This document shows, piece by piece, positions 37,007-44,690 of a DNA stretch of 64,000 nucleotides. The notes beneath the pieces are model-generated. The model was not told the DNA's origin, made no database searches, and saw only the letters and a list, made by a program, of their open reading frames with translations. Numbering within the stretch: position 1 is the stretch's first letter; every line of letters begins with the position of its first letter. Source of the DNA: a virus (Duplodnaviria > Caudoviricetes); IMG/VR virus record IMGVR_UViG_3300021478_000453, positions 1,449-65,448 of that record. One strand, given 5' to 3'. The position numbers and the translations under genes are program-made.

Positions 37007-37216
37007 ATGTCCCGTCTCACTGGGCAAGCCGAATACTGTCGCTGGCAAGCGACAATTTGCAAGCAGAAGGCGAGCCGAGGGGCGCGCGAATACGCCAAGC
37101 TGGCGCGGCATTGGGCGACGCTCGCCCGCAAGTTCGAGCTGGCCGAGCAGATCAGCGGCTTCATTCAATGGAACGCGCAACGGCTTGAGCCGCCGGAATA
37201 CTTCGATGCTCGATGA
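37007..37216 (+). CDS. hypothetical protein
   Basis: 69 aa; RBS GGAGG. Confidence 0.55.
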   Translation: MSRLTGQAEYCRWQATICKQKASRGAREYAKLARHWATLARKFELAEQISGFIQWNAQRLEPPEYFDAR

Positions 37217-37454
37217 GGGGCTCACGGTCGATCCCAAGCGCATGGATTTTCCGCCGACCGGCATCTTTGTGCGCGCTCGAGTGCCCGCCGGCGGCTACGG
37301 GAGCTTCGACATCGTGCAGCTAGACGCGCCGAGCTTGCAGCGTTGGTTGCGTTCGCGTGGTGGAAATAATGAATGGGCTGAGGCTGTTGTTGCGTTGTTG
37401 CTCGGTCATCGTGTAGATACTCGGCTTGAAGGTATGAAAACTTCCTCTGTTTGA
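37206..37454 (+). CDS. hypothetical protein
   Basis: TGIFVRA...SFDIVQLDAPSL..WLRSRGG.NEWAE. Confidence 0.55.
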   Translation: MLDEGLTVDPKRMDFPPTGIFVRARVPAGGYGSFDIVQLDAPSLQRWLRSRGGNNEWAEAVVALLLGHRVDTRLEGMKTSSV

Positions 37455-37457
37455 GAT

Positions 37458-37497
37458 CGCCCGCCCCAGCAGACTCCGGGGCGGGCGGTTTCGTTTT
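37458..37497 (+). terminator. intrinsic terminator
   Basis: CGCCCGCCCC...GGGGCGGGCG followed by GTTTCGTTTT. Confidence 0.65.
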
Positions 37498-37510
37498 AAG
37501 GAGCAGAACA

Positions 37511-37753
37511 ATGTCACTGCATGGAGAGACGTTCCAATATCTGAGGCCCACCCAAGATCAGATGGAGGCGATGCAGAAGCTACGCGACGCGGCGCAAAAG
37601 TACGCCGAGGCGCTCGATGAGCTGCTCGCCGACGGCGCCGACAAGACCTACACGCTGCGCAAGTTGCGCGAGGTGGCAATGTGGGCCAACGTCGCTGTGA
37701 CGCGCCACCAGGACGGCACGCCGCGAACCGACGGCTATCCCAGCCCAGAATGA
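37511..37753 (+). CDS. Acb2/Tad1-like helical-hairpin protein (putative cyclic-nucleotide sponge)
   Basis: FQYLRPT..Q...M.KLR.AA..YA..L...L.DG.DK...LRKLRE.AMWAN.AVTR. Confidence 0.6.
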   Translation: MSLHGETFQYLRPTQDQMEAMQKLRDAAQKYAEALDELLADGADKTYTLRKLREVAMWANVAVTRHQDGTPRTDGYPSPE

Positions 37754-37762
37754 TTGGCATTG

Positions 37763-38092
37763 ATGCTGATGAAGACGACCAAGCTACCGCGATCCGAGTG
37801 CTTGAACTGCGGCCACCCGCTGGACCGCGCGACGCACGTTGACGGCGCCCGGCGCGCTAAGCCGGGCGACGTGACGCTTTGCATCCGTTGCAGCCACATT
37901 ATGATCTTCACGGAGGACATGAGCTTCCGCAATCCGACCGACGAGGAGCTGACGGAGATCGCCGCCGACGCCGACGTGATGCGCGCTGCTGTTGCACTGG
38001 CCCGCATGCGGGAGGAAATGCCCTATGAAGACGACGACAAAAGTGACCTTTCGCGCTGGCTCACCGCCAATCGTTTGGGGCGCCCCCAATAG
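37763..38092 (+). CDS. Zn-finger protein
   Basis: CLNCG..LD...PGDVTLCIRC. Confidence 0.55.
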   Translation: MLMKTTKLPRSECLNCGHPLDRATHVDGARRAKPGDVTLCIRCSHIMIFTEDMSFRNPTDEELTEIAADADVMRAAVALARMREEMPYEDDDKSDLSRWLTANRLGRPQ

Positions 38093-38228
38093 CCCGCGTC
38101 GGCCGCTGTGCGCGCTCTGCCACGGTGCGTTGCCCGAGGTGCCGCTGATGATGTGGAAGGACGATGGCAGCGGCGCGAGCTTCTGTGACGAGTGCATCGA
38201 GCGCTGGATAAACTTTGAGCATGAGTGA
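38025..38228 (+). CDS. small Zn-finger protein
   Basis: CALCH...FCDEC. Confidence 0.5.
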   Translation: MKTTTKVTFRAGSPPIVWGAPNSPRRPLCALCHGALPEVPLMMWKDDGSGASFCDECIERWINFEHE

Positions 38229-38319
38229 TTCCTTCCTACTTGGCGTGGCGATAGCCGCTGCCATCCTCGTGCCACCCTTGGTCATGCTCGCGTTGTGGGC
38301 TGTGGCTCACGGTGGCTGA
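38221..38319 (+). CDS. small membrane peptide (32 aa)
   Basis: MSDSFLLGVAIAAAILVPPLVMLALWAVAHGG. Confidence 0.45.
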   Translation: MSDSFLLGVAIAAAILVPPLVMLALWAVAHGG

Positions 38320-38324
38320 GTGTG

Positions 38325-38465
38325 ATGAGCCGCGGCGTTTCCGTTCTCTTGCTTGTCCTGGCGGTCGCGATCATCCTGCTGCTAATGATGTATGAGATCG
38401 TCTCCTGGCAGCAATGCTTGGGCAACGATCCGTGGTGGTATTGCCTGCGGATCCTAGCGCACTGA
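38325..38465 (+). CDS. small membrane protein (46 aa)
   Basis: TM helix followed by WQQCLGNDPWWYCLRIL. Confidence 0.5.
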   Translation: MSRGVSVLLLVLAVAIILLLMMYEIVSWQQCLGNDPWWYCLRILAH

Positions 38466-38619
38466 TCACATACAAAAACCGCACCTAATCACGAATTGTT
38501 ACATTGATTGAAAACGATAATCCGACTCAAAGTGCCCGCTAACCCATTGACGGTTGCTAACTAACAAAACTCGATGTGCTACGATGTGTTTGTTGAATGT
38601 CAAACACATGGAGTCTGAT

Positions 38620-39186
38620 ATGACGAAACGAGAGAAGGAGCTTCAGCTGCTGCGCAACCGGATTGCGCGTCTGGAGAAGCTACGCGACCAGGCGATCCGC
38701 GACCTGGTAATGACGGAGACCAGATTGCCGGCGCTGCGCAAGCAAGCGAAGCGGGCGGTTGGCAGGATACTGGCGACTCAAGTTGAGTCACCACACCACC
38801 TCGATCCGATTGCTCCCACGCCGGAAGTAGTGCAGCAGCCGCTGCCGATGCCAGCCGAGCGTGAAGCGCAGGATGGGCGCAGCCTTGACAACGATGTCGT
38901 TCTCCAGAACGAGGCCGGCGCAGAAGTAGAGCGTGGTGACCTGGACAAGCACGGCGGCATCCCGACGTTCCTGCGCCGCGGACAAGCGGCGCAAGCGGCT
39001 GCCGATGCGGCGATCAGCGAGGCAGCGCGCAAGCTCGGCGCATTGCCCGATCCGAAGGCGCCCGAGCGCAAGGCTGTGCGCAAGGAGGTTGAGCAGCAGG
39101 TGCGCCAGGCCGAGCTGACCGGCAAGCGGCGCAAGCTCCCGCTCACCGGGAAACAAGCGCTGGCGGAAATCAACCGGCAGCGTTAA
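38620..39186 (+). CDS. hypothetical protein
   Basis: Own AT-rich promoter region (TGTGCTACGAT), GGAGTCTGA RBS, GIPTFLRR motif. Confidence 0.65.
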   Translation: MTKREKELQLLRNRIARLEKLRDQAIRDLVMTETRLPALRKQAKRAVGRILATQVESPHHLDPIAPTPEVVQQPLPMPAEREAQDGRSLDNDVVLQNEAGAEVERGDLDKHGGIPTFLRRGQAAQAAADAAISEAARKLGALPDPKAPERKAVRKEVEQQVRQAELTGKRRKLPLTGKQALAEINRQR

Positions 39187-40010
39187 GCTCCCCTCACCTG
39201 TCCTTTCCAACTCAAGCCGTGCCTTCGGGCACGGCTTTTTTTCGTTGCCGCCCAGATCAAGCCCGCAGCAGCGAGCAAGCCCGGGAGCCCGGCGCCGACC
39301 ATAGGGCCGGGGACAAACGTGGGCGCCTGGAGCGTGGTCTCAATGACGGCACCGACGTCGCCTTGGGCAAAGGGCGGATGCGTCCCGCCCATGAAGGCGA
39401 AGACCTCGGTGATCTTGAATTGCTGGCCGGGCAGGATCGCGGTGAGCGTCGTGTCGTCGATCCGCAGCCCGTTGCTGAACTGGTCCTGTCCAGCGAACGA
39501 GGAGGTGCCCCCCACAAACGGCCCGCAGAACGGGTTGCTGGTCCCGCACACTAAGACCTGCGTGGTGACGGTGTAACCCGGGTTTGCGGGCGGCGATTCG
39601 ATGGTCCCCCATGCCGTCGGCATGGTGATCTGCCCGGCGCCGGTGAAGGTTCCTTGCCAGGTGGCGTAGAGATAGCTGGTCCCGCCTTGGGGCGGCGCGA
39701 ACCCGTTATTGAAAGTGAACTCGAACGTAGGGAAGGAACCGCCCAGGCCGCCGCTAAACTGGTTGCCACCAGGCGGGACGACCAGCGCGAGGATCTGATC
39801 GAATCCAAATCCGGTTACGCCGGTCGGCAGGATAGGATTGCCGAGGAGCTGCACGATCGGAGATGTGCCGGTGTTCGTGCCGAGAACCTGGATACCGCTC
39901 ATGCCGGCGGCGGGATCGAAGTAGCCGATGGTGACCGTATCGGCGAGAGCCATCTCGTAACAACCGGCCGGCTCTGCAGCCAACGCCAGCGCTAACAGCA
40001 GCTTACGCAT
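39183..40010 (-). CDS. secreted protein with a PEP-CTERM-like (VPGPxxGAGLPGL) sorting signal
   Basis: N-terminal signal-like MRKLLLALALAA; C-terminal VPGPMVGAGLPGLLAAAGLIWAATKKSRARR. Confidence 0.7.
   Translation of the reverse strand: MRKLLLALALAAEPAGCYEMALADTVTIGYFDPAAGMSGIQVLGTNTGTSPIVQLLGNPILPTGVTGFGFDQILALVVPPGGNQFSGGLGGSFPTFEFTFNNGFAPPQGGTSYLYATWQGTFTGAGQITMPTAWGTIESPPANPGYTVTTQVLVCGTSNPFCGPFVGGTSSFAGQDQFSNGLRIDDTTLTAILPGQQFKITEVFAFMGGTHPPFAQGDVGAVIETTLQAPTFVPGPMVGAGLPGLLAAAGLIWAATKKSRARRHGLSWKGQVRGA
39214..39242 (+). terminator. intrinsic terminator
   Basis: AAGCCGTGCC-TTCG-GGCACGGC followed by T7. Confidence 0.85.
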
Positions 40011-40025
40011 GTTACTCCTCCGTTG

Positions 40026-40478
40026 TTATCGCGCGTCAGCGTAATCGTGGTCGCGTCCCGTCTCCACAGGCAACGACTCCCTTCTCTCGTCAATCGCCTT
40101 GATCGCGGTCCGGGCAGCCAGCAGGCCGCTGCTCACGCGGTCGTGCCGCTCCGCCTCTTGCTTGCCGATCTTTAATAGCTCGGCGGCGGTCTGCTCCGCC
40201 ATCTCTTTCGGCATCGCCCGCATGTCGCGGACCTGCTTGGCCATCTCCTGGCACATCTCGTTGAGGTTTTTGCCGATGCCCTCGATGTGCTTGGCCAGCG
40301 TCTCGCTCTCGCTGGCGTGGACAGTGTGGATGTCGCGGATCATTGCAGCCGCCTTCCTGCACGCCTCCTCCATAGCGTCTCGCTGCGGCGACGACGGCGG
40401 CGGCGCACCGTTGCCCTTGATGGTGGTGCGTGTGAGCTGGGCGATGTCCTTCTCTAATGCCTCGAACGGCCTTTCCAT
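40026..40478 (-). CDS. hypothetical coiled-coil protein
   Basis: 150 aa; RBS GAGGA. Confidence 0.6.
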   Translation of the reverse strand: MERPFEALEKDIAQLTRTTIKGNGAPPPSSPQRDAMEEACRKAAAMIRDIHTVHASESETLAKHIEGIGKNLNEMCQEMAKQVRDMRAMPKEMAEQTAAELLKIGKQEAERHDRVSSGLLAARTAIKAIDERRESLPVETGRDHDYADAR

Positions 40479-40491
40479 TGTCCTCTCTCCT

Positions 40492-40773
40492 CTAGTTATC
40501 CTTGCCGAAGTGTGCAGCCACTTTCATTAGTGTCTCGATTATCTGCTGCTCGCTGACCGGGATCAGCGCGCGCACGGCCTGTATGTGCTCCTGGAGCAGG
40601 CCCTCCCGTAGCCGATCCGTTGCCTCACGGTCGCCGACGACGTTATGGCCGGCCAACCACATACTGAGCAGGTCGGCCAGGACGGCGCCTTGCACGTAGG
40701 TCTCGTGCCCAACAAGCGCCTTGGAACACTCGTCCAACATCTTGGCCGCCTCGGGGCCGGATATCTTGCTCAT
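40492..40773 (-). CDS. hypothetical protein
   Basis: QGAVLADLLSMWLAGH. Confidence 0.6.
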   Translation of the reverse strand: MSKISGPEAAKMLDECSKALVGHETYVQGAVLADLLSMWLAGHNVVGDREATDRLREGLLQEHIQAVRALIPVSEQQIIETLMKVAAHFGKDN

Positions 40774-41369
40774 CGTGCGACCTCAAACATCGAGCGCCGG
40801 CGCGGCGGTATCCAAAGTGAAGGCCGGCGGATTAACTCTTTGCGCAGCTCAAACATGGGCTTGTGGCACGGCGCATCGTTGGGGACGAAATGCGCCGGCC
40901 CTTCGTATCTGTCATCCCAATAGAGCGGCTTCCCCTTCTGGTCTCTCTCTTTGGCCTCACGCCCCCAGCACCAAAGATGCAGCCAGATGCAAGGGAAATC
41001 CTCAACGGTCGCATGCACGTAAGCCCATTCGTCCGGCTCGTTTGGCTGCACCACAAGCCGGAAGTGGTTCAAACGCCCGGTCTTGACGTCGATGAAATCA
41101 TCAAGATCGACCTGCCCCCGCGGATCATCGAGCGGCTCAAAGTGCCATTTCAGGTCGGGCTTGACCGCGCTCAGGTAGAGCATGCAGGCGGCTTCGCCGT
41201 GCAGGCTCATGACGATCCTTCGGAGCGCCTCCTTCTCTTCGGTGGGGTTTCCGTTGCGCGGTATGGCGCCGCGGGCGAGCGCCTTCTCATAGCGCTTCAG
41301 CCCCCAGAACTCATTGAACTCAATCCGCTCGGGGATAAGCACGATCTTTTCCGGCACCCACAGCCGCAT
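40770..41369 (-). CDS. hypothetical protein, possible PD-(D/E)xK fold
   Basis: GEAAC...DL...IDVKT. Confidence 0.5.
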   Translation of the reverse strand: MRLWVPEKIVLIPERIEFNEFWGLKRYEKALARGAIPRNGNPTEEKEALRRIVMSLHGEAACMLYLSAVKPDLKWHFEPLDDPRGQVDLDDFIDVKTGRLNHFRLVVQPNEPDEWAYVHATVEDFPCIWLHLWCWGREAKERDQKGKPLYWDDRYEGPAHFVPNDAPCHKPMFELRKELIRRPSLWIPPRRRSMFEVAR

Positions 41370-41943
41370 CACCACCCTCCCAATAAATCCGATCGATCGA
41401 CGCCGGCCCAACGTGGCCGCGCTGCCACACGAACCACGCGAACGCCATGCCGCTGTTGGCCTTGCGGCCCTCCCATCCCGCCCGGTGCATCATGGGCAGG
41501 CGATTAGCGAAGACGTGGATACGGGCGAGCCCGGCGTTGTCGAGGATGTGCGAGCGGCGATCGCTTTCCATGAAGGCGAGCCGTAACAACATGATCACCA
41601 GCGGCGCACGTTCCAGCGCAGCCGCAACGAAGCTCTCGGCTAACGCAAACGGGGGATTGGTGACGATTGCGTCGCAATCGATGCGCGGCATAAACAGCAA
41701 AAAATCAACACCGAATTGGCTGTCGTAGCAGCCGCGATTATTCAGATCCGTGGCGATGACGTCGTGCCCGGCAGCACGCAACACCTTGACGATGTTGCCG
41801 GTTCCGCACGCCGGTTCCCAGACACGCTTGGGCAGGCTCTCGACCTTGAGCAGTGCGGAAATCGCCACTGGCGGCGTGTCGTAGCAATCGCCGCGGTGCT
41901 CCTTGAGCGGCGCGCGCTGCACCTGGGAGCTGTGATCAAGCAT
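41320..41943 (-). CDS. DNA amino-(N6-adenine/N4-cytosine) methyltransferase
   Basis: YDTPP, WEPACGTGNI (motif I), DFL, IVTNPPF (motif IV), FAWFVW. Confidence 0.85.
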   Translation of the reverse strand: MLDHSSQVQRAPLKEHRGDCYDTPPVAISALLKVESLPKRVWEPACGTGNIVKVLRAAGHDVIATDLNNRGCYDSQFGVDFLLFMPRIDCDAIVTNPPFALAESFVAAALERAPLVIMLLRLAFMESDRRSHILDNAGLARIHVFANRLPMMHRAGWEGRKANSGMAFAWFVWQRGHVGPASIDRIYWEGGDAAVGAGKDRAYPRAD

Positions 41944-42287
41944 CACGTCCAAACCCTAATCTCTACCAAACCTTCCAGGCCAGGCTTCACGCTGAGCACC
42001 AGGCCGCCGAGGTGCTTGTCGTCAGGCGTTATCCCGCGCGAGACCATCCAATCGAGCAGGAGCTTTGCGCGACCGTCCAAATCTCCGCGGAGCTGGGGGA
42101 AATCCATCCGACAATAGAACGGTGTCGTGGTGATCTTGGCATCCTGCAGCCGCTGCACCATGTAAAAGCCATCAGCTTGCTTGAGCCATGCCCGATAGCG
42201 GCTGCTCTTAACTCGTCCATAGCCCTTCCCCCCCTTCCGATTCGTGAAAGCATTGTTCGCGGTCGGCGCGACAGGGAGGACAAACAT
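41943..42287 (-). CDS. RusA-like Holliday junction resolvase
   Basis: LP.APTAN...GDLDGRAKLLLD...GITPDD. Confidence 0.7.
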   Translation of the reverse strand: MFVLPVAPTANNAFTNRKGGKGYGRVKSSRYRAWLKQADGFYMVQRLQDAKITTTPFYCRMDFPQLRGDLDGRAKLLLDWMVSRGITPDDKHLGGLVLSVKPGLEGLVEIRVWT

Positions 42288-42529
42288 CACGGCTTCGCCT
42301 CCATCCTCTTGATCATGCACTCCATGCAGATTTTTGGCGGCTTCCTGGGAGCATGCCAGCGGTGGATGACCTTGATCCCGCACGCACAGCAGAAGCCGGT
42401 CAGGTTGTCCTTGAAGGGGCTCGGCGTGCTCGCCGGCATGCACACGACGTATTCGACAGCCTCCGCCTCCTCGTCAGAGACGACCTCTACCTCCAGATCG
42501 CCGATCTTAACCTTCTCTGCCACGAGCAT
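42287..42529 (-). CDS. small Zn-finger protein
   Basis: CCACG...ICMEC. Confidence 0.55.
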   Translation of the reverse strand: MLVAEKVKIGDLEVEVVSDEEAEAVEYVVCMPASTPSPFKDNLTGFCCACGIKVIHRWHAPRKPPKICMECMIKRMEAKP

Positions 42530-42698
42530 TTTCCTCCAACCTTTTCAGCATCGTCTCGATGCCTTCGATAACGACAGCGGTCTGTGATGGAGGCGGCGGC
42601 CACACGCGCTTGCTGTTGCGTGTTGCTTTGCGCAGACGCACAACAAGTTGCGTCGGTAACCGAAAGCTGACCGAGACCGTTTTCTCTTGCGCGTTCAT
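42507..42698 (-). CDS. Arc/RHH-like repressor
   Basis: VSVSFRLP..LV.RLRKA...SQTAVVIEGIE. Confidence 0.65.
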   Translation of the reverse strand: MNAQEKTVSVSFRLPTQLVVRLRKATRNSKRVWPPPPSQTAVVIEGIETMLKRLEENARGREG

Positions 42699-42700
42699 TC

Positions 42701-42729
42701 TTGACGCCCTATCTGTACCTGTATAGCAT
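42701..42729 (+). promoter_or_regulatory. sigma70-like promoter in a divergent control region
   Basis: TTGACG-N17-TAGCAT, 9 nt before ATG 42739, so the transcript is near-leaderless. Confidence 0.6.
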
Positions 42730-42738
42730 TCGCATTGC

Positions 42739-43176
42739 ATGAGCCGCAAGAGGATATCGGACAGGACGAAACTCGCGGCGGCGCTGCTCGCCCGGGGGGA
42801 TGTACCCTATGACCACGCCAAGTTGATGCACGAGGATCAGCTGATCAGCCTCTACCAATTCGACCACGGCATTCTGCACGAGACGGAGCACGAGGATCGC
42901 GACAAGTTTTGGAACATCGCACCGCTGCTGATCCGAACGCACCGTGCAAAGACCAAGCTGGACCTGCGCGCAATCGCCAAGAGCCGGCGCCTTCGCAAGG
43001 CGCATGAGCAGTTTCGCAAGAGCTTTGCCATGATGGAGGCGTTTCAGCGCGAGGAGAACGAGAAGATCGCCGCGCGGATATTCAACGAGGGCATAACCCG
43101 CAAGATACGCTCGCGCGGCTTCGACAAGACGCGACGGCGCAAGATGGACGGCACTGTGGAGAGCAGAAAGCGATGA
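42739..43176 (+). CDS. HNH-like protein
   Basis: QFDH...WNIAPL...HRAKT..D...IAK..R...SRGF...RKMDGTV. Confidence 0.6.
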   Translation: MSRKRISDRTKLAAALLARGDVPYDHAKLMHEDQLISLYQFDHGILHETEHEDRDKFWNIAPLLIRTHRAKTKLDLRAIAKSRRLRKAHEQFRKSFAMMEAFQREENEKIAARIFNEGITRKIRSRGFDKTRRRKMDGTVESRKR

Positions 43177-44075
43177 CCGAATGGGATTGGTGGCAAGCGA
43201 GGCTCGCCGGCGAATTGGTGCCGATGCACCCCGATATACCACACGCCGGATTCTACCGAGAGCAATTCAAAGAGCACTACGGCGCGCGCAAGACGTTCAT
43301 GCCGGTCGCATATTGGCCAGGTGACGATGGTCAGCTGTACTGCCGTATCGGCGACGAGGATGTATCTCCCGAGCGTGGGCAAGCCATCTGGACGCGCGTC
43401 GGCAATCATCCGGTCACCGAGGAAGCCTACCGTGAGGTTGCCGAGAAGGGCGGCCTATGGCCCGACGAGCATGAAGCGGTTGGGATGCAGGGCGACAACA
43501 AGCCGCCGGAGCCCGAGACCTTTGAGGAGATACGGGACGCGATCGAAGACCTGGCACGTGAAGCAGCCGAGCGCATCGAGGGGATGCCGATCGTTGACCA
43601 GGACGAGGCGAACCGGATCGCTAATCTCGCCGACCGGCTGGCCGAGCTGCACAAGAGGGCCGAGGAACTCAAGAAGGCCGAGCGCAAGCCGCATACCGAG
43701 GCGCTGGAGGTCATTCAAAAGCGCTGGGCGCCGCTCCTCCTGCTCGCTGAGACCTACAAGAACCTGAAGTACAAGCTGCTGACGCCGTGGCTGCGCAAGC
43801 TGGACACAGCCAAGAAGAAAGAGGCGGAGGCTGCAGCAGCGCAGGGCGAACCCCCGCCGGCTGAGACACCTCGGCCGCGCGCCGGCACGCGCGGTCGCGC
43901 TATGACGCTCAAGAGCACCAAGCGCGCCGAGATCACCGATTACGGTATGGCGCTCGCATTCTTCGCCGACAGCCCCGACGTGCGCCAGGTCGTACAGGAT
44001 TTGGCAAACCGCGCCGCGCGTACCGGCATCACTGTGCCCGGCACCAAGATCATCGAGGAGCAGCAGGCCGTGTAA
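43173..44075 (+). CDS. recombination-associated coiled-coil protein
   Basis: 300 aa upstream of ERF; ends VPGTKIIEEQ. Confidence 0.6.
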   Translation: MTEWDWWQARLAGELVPMHPDIPHAGFYREQFKEHYGARKTFMPVAYWPGDDGQLYCRIGDEDVSPERGQAIWTRVGNHPVTEEAYREVAEKGGLWPDEHEAVGMQGDNKPPEPETFEEIRDAIEDLAREAAERIEGMPIVDQDEANRIANLADRLAELHKRAEELKKAERKPHTEALEVIQKRWAPLLLLAETYKNLKYKLLTPWLRKLDTAKKKEAEAAAAQGEPPPAETPRPRAGTRGRAMTLKSTKRAEITDYGMALAFFADSPDVRQVVQDLANRAARTGITVPGTKIIEEQQAV

Positions 44076-44665
44076 TGAGCAACAATCTCGACACGCCGAT
44101 TGACGAGCTTCCGATCGGGATACGGGTTTATAACTGTCTGAAAAACCAAAACATCGCGACAGTGGGAGACCTGCTGCAAAGAACGGAAGATGACCTGTTG
44201 CGGACGCCGAACTTCGCCGGCGTCTCGCTGAGAGAGCTTAAAAGCGTCCTTGACTCGATGGGGCTTGAGCTTCCGCGGACCCCGCCTCCGGTTCCCGGCC
44301 CTACGTCATCGGGCAATCTACCGAGCTACATCGTGAAGGAAATCGATCGGGCAACTGCGCAATTCCGCAACAAGCGCGTCGGGATTGAGACACGCAGGTG
44401 GGCACAAAGGCAAAGCAAAGAGCAACGCGAGCGGCGCAAGAAGACCGGGAGCGAGCAATCCATCGCTATAGCAGAGAAACGCGCCATGTATCTGGAGCGC
44501 GATCGAATCATAGTGCTGCTGCGCGAGGCAGGCCAGACCTTCCGCTGGATTGGAAAGCTACTTTCAATCAGCAGCGCCCGTGCCAGCCAGATTTATTTCG
44601 TGACGAAGCGCCGCCAAGCACGTTTGAACATGTCGCCTGAAGCGCGCGACGCGAATCGACGTTAA
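44075..44665 (+). CDS. RNA polymerase alpha-CTD domain fused to an HTH
   Basis: PIDELPIGIRVYNCLKNQNIATVGDLLQRTEDDLLRTPNF...SLREL; C-terminal R.AGQTF..IG..LSIS..RASQI. Confidence 0.8.
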   Translation: MSNNLDTPIDELPIGIRVYNCLKNQNIATVGDLLQRTEDDLLRTPNFAGVSLRELKSVLDSMGLELPRTPPPVPGPTSSGNLPSYIVKEIDRATAQFRNKRVGIETRRWAQRQSKEQRERRKKTGSEQSIAIAEKRAMYLERDRIIVLLREAGQTFRWIGKLLSISSARASQIYFVTKRRQARLNMSPEARDANRR

Positions 44666-44690
44666 TAGGCGGCTTCCGGGAGAGCAGAAC

